Shown here in pieces: positions 49,410-56,404 of a stretch of 63,917 nucleotides of DNA (its first letter is position 1; every line of letters starts with the position of its first letter). The notes under the pieces are model-generated. The model was not told the origin of the DNA and did no database searches. It saw only the letters and a list, made by a program, of their open reading frames with translations. The stretch comes from an uncultured Gammaproteobacteria bacterium (lineage in GTDB: Bacteria > Patescibacteriota > Patescibacteriia > Magasanikbacterales > GWA2-37-8). A program made the translations under genes and the position numbers. Location: the NCBI GenBank assembly GCA_964570525.1, contig CAZMYO010000007.1:1-63917 (forward strand), read 5' to 3'.

Positions 49410-49722
49410 TGTAGTTCATTTTATTAGGCTATACGTCTCCTAACTACGAAGATTCTTGGAAGAAAAGGGCTTACAGTTGCTCTCATCAATGCAAAAGGGC
49501 AGCGGCTAGTCCATCTCCTTGTCTGGTAACCTCATTATTTTGCTTCCCCAAGCTTCGGCGCGGGGCAGCAACGAGGAAATACCTTCAAGTGGTTGAGACG
49601 TTTTCTGTTACAGTGTCAGTAATCACCTCGTCGACATCGACGAAGTGCATTCTCGCTGTACAGTCTTAAACGGCGAGAACCTTTTATTAATTATAATCGG
49701 GTTAACCCGCCGTTTTTTTATT
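49410..49722 (+). ncRNA. candidate structured non-coding RNA of unknown class (~300 nt)
   Basis: No ORF of 60 aa or more on either strand. A consensus promoter lies upstream. Several local hairpins are present (ccccaagc-ttcg-gcgcgggg, tcgtcg-acat-cgacga, ttctcgc..gcgagaa). The 3' end is cgggttaacccg followed by ccgttttttt. Confidence 0.45.
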
Positions 49723-49736
49723 ACACGGATTATTGG

Positions 49737-49774
49737 CCAACACATCCCTACCCCTCTTTTTAGAGGGGATTACC
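49737..49774. repeat. ACACnCCnACCCCTCTTTTTAGAGGGGA palindromic element, copy 3 of 3
   Basis: ccaacacatccctacccctctttttagaggggattacc. Confidence 0.85.
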
Positions 49775-49801
49775 GAGTGAAGCCAAACCACAGCCTGTTT
49801 C

Positions 49802-49831
49802 TTGACTAGTTTATGTTAAATCTAGTATAAT
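49802..49831 (+). promoter_or_regulatory. sigma70-like promoter (TTGACT-N18-TATAAT)
   Basis: Read directly from the sequence, upstream of the DksA/TraR-type gene. Confidence 0.6.
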
Positions 49832-49857
49832 GATTCAATACTATATAGTTACCTTCT

Positions 49858-50277
49858 ATGAATATGTCTAGAAATACCCCTAAAAAGACCGTGGCCGCAG
49901 CCTCTTCTCCAGAGTTTCTCAAAAAAGTTAAGGTAACGTTGCTTGAACAAAAGGCAACGCTCGAAGGAGGCTTGGCTAAATTTGCAAAAAAAGATAAGCG
50001 CGCCGCCACTACGGACTACGACGCCACGTTCCCCAATTATGGCGACTCCGAAGAGGATAATGCGCGCGAGGTAGCCGACTATGAAGCTAATTTATCGATT
50101 GAGCACGACATGGAAAAAACTCTGCGCGACGTGGATGCCGCCATCCGGAGAATCGCTAAGGGAACTTATGGCGTTTGCAAATATTGCGGGAAACCAATTG
50201 ACGCAAAGCGCATGTTGGCCAGGCCAACCTCCAGCGCTTGCGTGGAATGCAAGAAGACTATTCAACAAGAGGTGTAG
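49858..50277 (+). CDS. DksA/TraR family C4-type zinc-finger protein
   Basis: CKYCGKPIDAKRMLARPTSSACVECK follows a coiled-coil-like acidic region. Confidence 0.8.
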   Translation: MNMSRNTPKKTVAAASSPEFLKKVKVTLLEQKATLEGGLAKFAKKDKRAATTDYDATFPNYGDSEEDNAREVADYEANLSIEHDMEKTLRDVDAAIRRIAKGTYGVCKYCGKPIDAKRMLARPTSSACVECKKTIQQEV

Positions 50278-50322
50278 ATTAGTCCGTAAAGTCATAAAGT
50301 CTATAAAGTCGGAAAGTTTTTA
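50275..50322. repeat. AAAGTC short-repeat array
   Basis: tagattagtccgtaaagtcataaagtctataaagtcggaaagttttt. Confidence 0.75.
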
Positions 50323-50365
50323 AAATGATTGAAACATTTGTAAAGTTTCAAGAGTAAAGTCACCT

Positions 50366-50854
50366 ATGCTTAATAAGAAGCCTACACTGATATTTATGAC
50401 GTGCGGGCTTTTTTTATTGCTGGATCAATTTTTAAAATGGCAAGCTCTCCGCGATTGGCAGAACCCTGTTCTGCCGCATAAATTTTTTGGCTGGTATCCT
50501 TTTTTGAATTCCGGCATGGCTTTTAGTTTGCCCGCGCCAAACTGGCTGGTGGCGGTGCTTTCTTTGCCGATTATTGGTTTGGTGTACTATTTGTCCGGGA
50601 GAATGTATCATATCGGAGAGTTTCGGAAAGCTTGGGGGTTGGCATTCATTTTTACCGGGGCTTTGTCTAATTTGATAGACCGGATAATGTATCAAAAGAC
50701 GGTAGACTATATTCGTTTGTTTACCGGTGTCATTAATGTGGCGGATGTTCTGATCATTGCGGGATTTGTGATTTATATATTTGTTAAATCCGATTGTCAT
50801 TTCGAGCACATTCGCTGCGCTCAGTGTAAACTCCGTGAGAAATCTCTGTCTTAA
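50366..50854 (+). CDS. lspA: lipoprotein signal peptidase (signal peptidase II)
   Basis: NSGMAFSL and VDYIRL..VINVADV motifs with four TM helices. The last ~20 codons (SDCHFEHIRCAQCKLREKSLS) are read out of a palindromic repeat element. Confidence 0.85.
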   Translation: MLNKKPTLIFMTCGLFLLLDQFLKWQALRDWQNPVLPHKFFGWYPFLNSGMAFSLPAPNWLVAVLSLPIIGLVYYLSGRMYHIGEFRKAWGLAFIFTGALSNLIDRIMYQKTVDYIRLFTGVINVADVLIIAGFVIYIFVKSDCHFEHIRCAQCKLREKSLS

Positions 50855-50904
50855 ACGACGCAACGGACAGAGATCCCTCGTCGTCCCTCGCTTGAGATGA
50901 CAAA
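50794..50904. repeat. ~110-nt palindromic element with TGTCATTTCGAGC...GCTTGAGATGACA termini
   Basis: The terminal inverted repeat plus the inner gagaaatctctgtc/gacagagatccctc pairing. Same family as 17798-17882. Confidence 0.8.
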
Positions 50905-50931
50905 AGGTTGGATTAGAATTTTCTTGTTTAT

Positions 50932-52449
50932 ATGTTTATTAAGTTAAACTCGGCTGCCGTCGTGGGGCTGGAATGCGTGCCGGTGGAGGTGGAAGTAGAT
51001 ATTCATAAAGGCCAGACGAATTTTAATATCGTGGGGCTGGCGGACACTTCCATCAAAGAAGCTAAAGACCGAATTTATGCCGCTTTGAAAAATTCGGATT
51101 TTTCATATCCGTTTAATTTTCGCATTTTGGTAAACTTGGCGCCGGCCGACACCAGTAAAGAAGGGTCGGCCTACGACCTCCCGATGGCCGTTGGCATTAT
51201 CGCTATCAGCAATGATTTGAAACTCAATTTAGAGGACGCTCTTTTGGTTGGTGAGCTCGCGCTTGATGGGCTGGTACGTCACGTCGCCGGTATTTTACCG
51301 CTCGCGTTGTACGCGAAGAGACAGGGTTGGCGGCGGTTGTTTGTACCCGAGGCCGATGCGATGGAGGCGGCGCTGGTGGAAGGCGTTGAGGTATATCCGG
51401 TGAAAAATTTGAAGCAAATTATGGCGCATATAACCGGCGGAGAAGCAATTGCTCCGTTTCATCGCCCTGACAACTGGAATAGTTTTGAACCACCAAGTTA
51501 CGAAATGGATTTGGCGCTCGTCAAAGGCCAGGAGTTTGCCAAGCGGGCTTTGGAGATCGCGGCGAGCGGAGCGCACAATATCCTCATGAGCGGGCCGCCC
51601 GGATCCGGCAAAACTCTTCTCGCGCGCACCCTGCCCTCCATTTTACCGCGGCTTACCCAGGAAGAAGCTATTGAGGTTACGAAAATTTATTCGGTGGCTG
51701 GTCTTTTACATAATAGTTTTATCAAAACCAGGCCGTTTCGTTCTCCGCACCACACAGCTTCCGGAGCGGCGTTGGTCGGCGGCGGCCGAGTTCCTCGGCC
51801 GGGCGAAATTTCTTTGGCGCACCGCGGTGTTTTATTTCTGGATGAGTTTCCGGAATTTCCGCGGTTTGTGATTGAGAGTTTGCGCCAGCCGCTTGAGGAC
51901 GGAACCATTACCGTGTCTCGCGCCCAGGGAACCGTTACGTTTCCGGCGCATTTTATTTTGGTCGCGAGCCAAAACCCATGCCCCTGCGGTTATTCTTCCG
52001 ATCCGGATCACCCGTGTACCTGTAGCCCCATTCAGATCATCCGCTATCAAAAGAAAATTAGCGGGCCTCTGCTCGACCGGATTGATCTTCATGTGGAGGT
52101 GCCTCGGGTGAAGTTTGATAAACTGTCCTCGCCCGATCTAGCCGAGCCTTCTGTCCGAGTGCGGGAGCGCGTGGAAGCGGCCTGCGCCATCCAAACCCGG
52201 CGGTTTAAAGATTCGCCGGTTCACGCCAATAGCGAAATGCGCAATGCCGAGATTCGAGAATTTTGTAAGGTTGACGCGCAATCGCTGGAACTTTTGCGGG
52301 CGGCTGTAACGCAACTTCATCTTTCGGCGCGCGGGTATAATCGTATTTTAAAATTAAGCCGGACGATTGCCGACCTCGCGCAAAGTGAGCAGATTGCTCT
52401 TGAGCACATCAGCGAAGCGCTGCAATTTAGAACGAGAGTGGAGAACTAA
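50932..52449 (+). CDS. comM: YifB/ComM family Mg-chelatase-like AAA ATPase
   Basis: Walker A GPPGSGKT and Walker B VLFLDEFPEF. Lon-protease-like N-terminal domain. 505 aa. Confidence 0.9.
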   Translation: MFIKLNSAAVVGLECVPVEVEVDIHKGQTNFNIVGLADTSIKEAKDRIYAALKNSDFSYPFNFRILVNLAPADTSKEGSAYDLPMAVGIIAISNDLKLNLEDALLVGELALDGLVRHVAGILPLALYAKRQGWRRLFVPEADAMEAALVEGVEVYPVKNLKQIMAHITGGEAIAPFHRPDNWNSFEPPSYEMDLALVKGQEFAKRALEIAASGAHNILMSGPPGSGKTLLARTLPSILPRLTQEEAIEVTKIYSVAGLLHNSFIKTRPFRSPHHTASGAALVGGGRVPRPGEISLAHRGVLFLDEFPEFPRFVIESLRQPLEDGTITVSRAQGTVTFPAHFILVASQNPCPCGYSSDPDHPCTCSPIQIIRYQKKISGPLLDRIDLHVEVPRVKFDKLSSPDLAEPSVRVRERVEAACAIQTRRFKDSPVHANSEMRNAEIREFCKVDAQSLELLRAAVTQLHLSARGYNRILKLSRTIADLAQSEQIALEHISEALQFRTRVEN

Positions 52450-52474
52450 ATATTTGTTTGATTTCGCAACTCAA

Positions 52475-52515
52475 CAAAAAATATCCTCCGCCTAGGCGGA
52501 GGATATTTTTCTTTT
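52475..52515. terminator. bidirectional terminator
   Basis: aaaaaatatcctccgcctaggcggaggatatttttctttt. Confidence 0.85.
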
Positions 52516-53068
52516 ACTTCTTAGCTAACTCTTTCGGAGCTTTCTTGGTGTAATATACTTCGACATTCACCCGCTTGACTCCAAATTTGAAAGCTTCGCC
52601 TTTCTCGGAATCAAACCAGATATCCATTCGGCCATAGCCATAGCGGGAGTTCATGCGGTCTTCAACAACGAAAACCTTTTCGCCGTAGAGCGAAGGAATT
52701 TTTATTTTAGTGCCGAAGGGCAGCCAGTTGGCGGCAATCATACCATCATGGACGCGTTTACCCGTAGCGGCGATAAAGGGGCTGTCGTCGGTTTGGTCCG
52801 GGGTGCTGGTATAGGCAGTGATGACTGCTTTTACCACCTTGTCGGCGTCGTTTACGCGGTTTTCTAGCGTAGTGCGGGGGAACATATTACCCTCAACAGA
52901 TTCTCGGATTACCGTATCTTGGGGAAGGAGAGAGGTTGGATCGGTAGCCTTGGCATAGGCAAAGTTTGGTCGGACAACATTGGCTAAAAGTGTAATTAAA
53001 GCCAAAACATTAATTCCATAGCGCACCCAATCCTTGGCAGCCATTTGTTTGAATAAGTTCATAGTCAT
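52514..53068 (-). CDS. 3D-domain (MltA/RlpA-like DPBB) protein with N-terminal membrane anchor
   Basis: ITAYTSTPDQTDDSPFIAATGKRVHDGMIAAN..VVEDRMNSRYG..MDIWF is the 3D-domain pattern. Confidence 0.8.
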   Translation of the reverse strand: MTMNLFKQMAAKDWVRYGINVLALITLLANVVRPNFAYAKATDPTSLLPQDTVIRESVEGNMFPRTTLENRVNDADKVVKAVITAYTSTPDQTDDSPFIAATGKRVHDGMIAANWLPFGTKIKIPSLYGEKVFVVEDRMNSRYGYGRMDIWFDSEKGEAFKFGVKRVNVEVYYTKKAPKELAKK

Positions 53069-53090
53069 TAGGCGTTAACAACCCGCCAAA

Positions 53091-53162
53091 GGCGGATTGT
53101 TACTGCTAGTGAAAACATGTTCGTCCGCTGAGGCGAACTCCACGTTTTCAAGCCAGTAACAA
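53091..53162. repeat. long-hairpin repeat, copy A (GGCGGATTGTTACTGCTAGT ... TTTTCAAGCCAGTAACAA)
   Basis: The shared ~25-nt 5' and ~20-nt 3' ends match 53329-53381. It folds into a ~30-bp stem and lies in the predicted 5' UTR of the 3D-domain gene. Confidence 0.75.
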
Positions 53163-53203
53163 AAAGTACCTTATTGAGGTACTGTCGCTTCTAGGCAACG
53201 AAT

Positions 53204-53233
53204 TAGTATATCACAAAACCGGTTCTTTGTCAA
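53204..53233 (-). promoter_or_regulatory. sigma70-like promoter (TTGACA-N18-TATACT) for the 3D-domain gene
   Basis: Read on the minus strand. Confidence 0.5.
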
Positions 53234-53328
53234 GGCCTTAGAGGAGTTTTTTGGCTAATTTTAGCTATTTATGTAGGTAACCACTCTGGCTTTTGAGGTA
53301 AAAAGAATCCTCCTTCGCTAAAGCTTCG

Positions 53329-53381
53329 GCGGATTGTTACTGCTAGTAAAAATATATCCATATTTTCAAGCCAGTAACAAT
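53329..53381. repeat. long-hairpin repeat, copy B
   Basis: ggcggattgttactgctagtaaaaatatatccatattttcaagccagtaacaa. Confidence 0.75.
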
Positions 53382-53387
53382 AAGAAA

Positions 53388-53409
53388 GGCCCCCGATGTT
53401 CCGGGGGCC
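53388..53409 (-). terminator. rho-independent terminator of the 913-aa gene
   Basis: On the minus strand, GGCCCCCGGAACATCGGGGGCC followed by TTTCTTATT. Confidence 0.7.
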
Positions 53410-53474
53410 AAGACGCTCCGAAGGAGCGTTAGTGGGGAAAATTACAAGTTATTTAGTTAGGACTGCGGTCCTTC

Positions 53475-56216
53475 TTACTTTTTTCGGGCCGCACCCAGCT
53501 TGTTGTCTACCGCATACTTCGCCTCGACTTTCATCGAGGCCAAGCCAATCGCGCGCATGTGCTCCATGGGGATGGTCATCTTGAAATACCGTCCCGGCTG
53601 GGTATAGACACAGAGGTCCACACCGGCCGTCCGCGGCAAACCGCCATAGGCGAGTTCGGTTGCTGACACTCGCTGTGTGCACGGTTTTTGGTCGATGAAC
53701 CGACCCATGTTATCACCGCTCTTATCAACGGCCAAGTACGACTCGTGCGTATGGCCTGCCTTGATAACATCGGCGTCCTGATTACGCGCCTTATTTAAGA
53801 TGGCGTTTGGTTCGTGAGTAAGCCCGAGCCGGTACGTTTTCTGGACCAGGAGCTTGCCATCATGCCCCATACCGTATCGTTCAATAATTCCTTGCCGGCC
53901 AACGCTGTAACCGCCCAAATGCACAACCATTTCTGGCTTGACTGCATCTGACTGGTAGTACTGCGGTTCACCGCCGGCCAGGATCTTCAGAGGGAACGGC
54001 TTGCGCCACTCCGCCGGAAAATCTTCGTGCGCGGTTTTCAGCGCCAAGAGCCAATCCTCAAAGGCATTATGCTCTTGAATACCGACATCACGCACGGCGT
54101 TGGCAAAGTGATTTCCTTCCAACACGGCCAAAATGTCCATCAGCCGGGTCGGACTAAGATTAAGAATGCTCAAGAACTTCTCTTTAAGGAACAGGAGAAC
54201 AGCTCTCATGGTGAGCTTCATGTTCTCGTTTGCTCCGCCCATCATGTCGTTAAGGAAGAAAAGAGAAGTTTTCAGCACGGCGTTATAGTCCGTCGTGTCC
54301 GTGGCCACCAGGCGCGCGGATACTTCTTTAGCTTCCTCCATCCACTGACGACGGAATTTAGTCGCTTCTTTCCAGGCCTTAGAATTGGCTTCGGCCAAAT
54401 CACCCAAGTTAAGGATGCCGCCGAGATAAACCTTTTGCCCGTACAGCTCGAGCGGATTCTTCATGAGCTGTTTAACCATGGCAAAGGTACCAAGCGTACC
54501 CATCGGATCCATCTCGGGAGAATTCAGGTGATTATCCGAGTCGTCCTGGCTCATTACGGCCTTAAACGGCTCCAGCACCTGCTTATTACGGAACAGCCGG
54601 TACATAATGGGTTCAACGGACATCAGTCCATGCCGGTGTTTACGAATCATGGTCACACCAGACACCGACCTTTTGGAATTCCGAATGAACACCGGATGAG
54701 AAGCGCTGGCAATCGGTTTGCCACCGCGCGTCCGGCCCGGCTTCTCTCGGTTAAGATACTTAGCGATGTTATCCTGCGGTTCAAAAGGCATACCGGCCAG
54801 AAACAGCACGTGCTTCACGCCGTCACTGTTGCCGGTATAAAAAGTATTGACGTGCTGCATGCGAATTTCTTCCGCGGTAATATTGAGCCGCTGCCACCGA
54901 GCAAGGAATTCCCCGTGGTGTCCGCTCTCCATTACCACGTCAATATCGCTAGCCGAAGCTTCCAGCTCCGTCAACACCGCCGCGAGGTTTTCACGGTAAT
55001 CGGTCATGAGTCCATGATACGATTCCGCCAGCCGACGCACGCGCCGCATCGGTTGCCAGGTGCGTCCGCGGTCGTGGGCGTAGTCAATGACGAGCGAGCC
55101 GAAGACAATGACTTCCGGCTTGGTGACGATCCGGATGTCGTGCTTGCCTCCAAGCTCGTAAAACCGCTTATACATCTGGCGGACATGCTCGGCCACGCGA
55201 CGCTGGTACGCCGGGCTCGTTTCCGGTTCACGATAGTTCTTGAACTCTTCCGCGAGCTTTTCATTTTTAGCCGTGAGGCGCTCGACCTTACTTTTGATAA
55301 GCTCAATCTCTTCTTTACACTTCTTGATTTCTGCGTCAAGCGCGTCACGTTCGTCCTTTTTGCCCACGACCTTACTCAAGAGCTTTCGTTCCGCGGTCAG
55401 GGTATTCAAGTTATTGACGAGGCCATGTTCCTTCTTACCAAGAAGGCGCTTTACCGCCGCGAGCTCCGCGTCGATTTCTTGGAGACGCTTTTCGTTTCCC
55501 GCCTCCTTGAAAGCCTTCCGCTCAGTTTCGAACTCGCCCTGTTTGGCGATGAGGGCGATATCGGCTTTGACTTCGGCGATCTCTCGATTGGTAGCCGCGA
55601 CGCGTTTTTTGGCGCGTTCCTCCACCTGCTTGGCGAGTTTGGCTTCAAGTTTGCGCAGCCGATCCTGAAGGTCGGTTTCCTTGAGCTTGCCCAAGCCATG
55701 GAGCGCTTTTTGCAGGTTTTTGATTTCCTCTTCCAGACTTTTCTGGGAGGCCGCCACCTTTACCTTGGCCGACTGAACAATGACGCGAAGCATGCGTTCG
55801 CAGTTGCTGTGGAAGTCATCGGAATCAACCGAGTAAACGATTTTGACCTTGGGCAACGCCGCGCGGAACATTCCGAGCAACTCATCTTGGATCTTCATGA
55901 GTTCGTTGAAAATCCAGTGAACGTGCTCGTGCCGCGGGACATCTTCGAGGTGCTTGAGCATCTCTTCTTCCGTGCGGTTATAGAACGCCACGCGGTCGGC
56001 GAGAATGCCGGGGCGATGGACGCTCGTGAGGCCGTCCAGGAGAACACCGGTGAGATCCGGCGTCTTTTGGAGGTGCGCGATGAGCGTCTTGACATCTTCG
56101 GCGTCATAGTACTCGGTCCCGGGCGAAAGCTCGCTCACGTGAGCGACGCAGTCCACGACCGAAAGGTCGCAGAGATCCTTGAGCTCCTCTTCGGGATCCT
56201 TCTTCTTGTCCGACAT
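53475..56216 (-). CDS. 913-aa coiled-coil protein with a C-terminal calcineurin-like metallophosphoesterase motif set (GC-rich orphan)
   Basis: Ordered motifs are DSDNH, LGDLAEA, LEGNHF and AGHTHES in the C-terminal ~350 aa. About 190 aa of K/E/L/A-rich heptad-like sequence lies near residues 150-345. The 756-aa plus-strand ORF 54027..56297 is treated as a shadow. Confidence 0.7.
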   Translation of the reverse strand: MSDKKKDPEEELKDLCDLSVVDCVAHVSELSPGTEYYDAEDVKTLIAHLQKTPDLTGVLLDGLTSVHRPGILADRVAFYNRTEEEMLKHLEDVPRHEHVHWIFNELMKIQDELLGMFRAALPKVKIVYSVDSDDFHSNCERMLRVIVQSAKVKVAASQKSLEEEIKNLQKALHGLGKLKETDLQDRLRKLEAKLAKQVEERAKKRVAATNREIAEVKADIALIAKQGEFETERKAFKEAGNEKRLQEIDAELAAVKRLLGKKEHGLVNNLNTLTAERKLLSKVVGKKDERDALDAEIKKCKEEIELIKSKVERLTAKNEKLAEEFKNYREPETSPAYQRRVAEHVRQMYKRFYELGGKHDIRIVTKPEVIVFGSLVIDYAHDRGRTWQPMRRVRRLAESYHGLMTDYRENLAAVLTELEASASDIDVVMESGHHGEFLARWQRLNITAEEIRMQHVNTFYTGNSDGVKHVLFLAGMPFEPQDNIAKYLNREKPGRTRGGKPIASASHPVFIRNSKRSVSGVTMIRKHRHGLMSVEPIMYRLFRNKQVLEPFKAVMSQDDSDNHLNSPEMDPMGTLGTFAMVKQLMKNPLELYGQKVYLGGILNLGDLAEANSKAWKEATKFRRQWMEEAKEVSARLVATDTTDYNAVLKTSLFFLNDMMGGANENMKLTMRAVLLFLKEKFLSILNLSPTRLMDILAVLEGNHFANAVRDVGIQEHNAFEDWLLALKTAHEDFPAEWRKPFPLKILAGGEPQYYQSDAVKPEMVVHLGGYSVGRQGIIERYGMGHDGKLLVQKTYRLGLTHEPNAILNKARNQDADVIKAGHTHESYLAVDKSGDNMGRFIDQKPCTQRVSATELAYGGLPRTAGVDLCVYTQPGRYFKMTIPMEHMRAIGLASMKVEAKYAVDNKLGAARKK

Positions 56217-56404
56217 GGGACACCTTTGCCTTCTCTGCCTTTTCGGCAGTTTGTTGGTTGTTTAGCACAATTGTTAAAGAGCCTAATTATATTGTAAGAA
56301 TAGAACATCTATATTCATTTGTCTAGAAAAGTCAAGGGGAGCCAACAACTGGAAAAAATTTGGCAGTTGAGCTATAATGGCGATATTATCAGAGATTTTG
56401 TTAT

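Noticed and set aside
49410-49722. Identification of the ORF-free transcript as RNase P RNA, tmRNA, SRP RNA or 6S RNA
   Set aside because: I could not find the GGAAAGUCC / ACAGAA core of RNase P RNA. There is no tRNA-like 3' end or tag ORF as in tmRNA. The GGAA-tetraloop AGCAGC motif of SRP RNA is also absent. 6S cannot be judged by eye. The class is left open.
200-50322. Possibility that the AAAGTC or heptamer arrays are CRISPR arrays
   Set aside because: The units are 7-9 nt with no unique spacers, and no cas genes are present. This is inconsistent with CRISPR.
54027-56297. 756-aa plus-strand ORF, the second longest in this part of the window
   Set aside because: It is antisense to the 913-aa gene. 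Its translation is low-complexity (F/L/R/H-rich) and has no motifs. The minus-strand product has ordered phosphoesterase motifs, a coiled coil, an SD-like site and a terminator. Long stop-free antisense frames are expected in GC-rich coding DNA.
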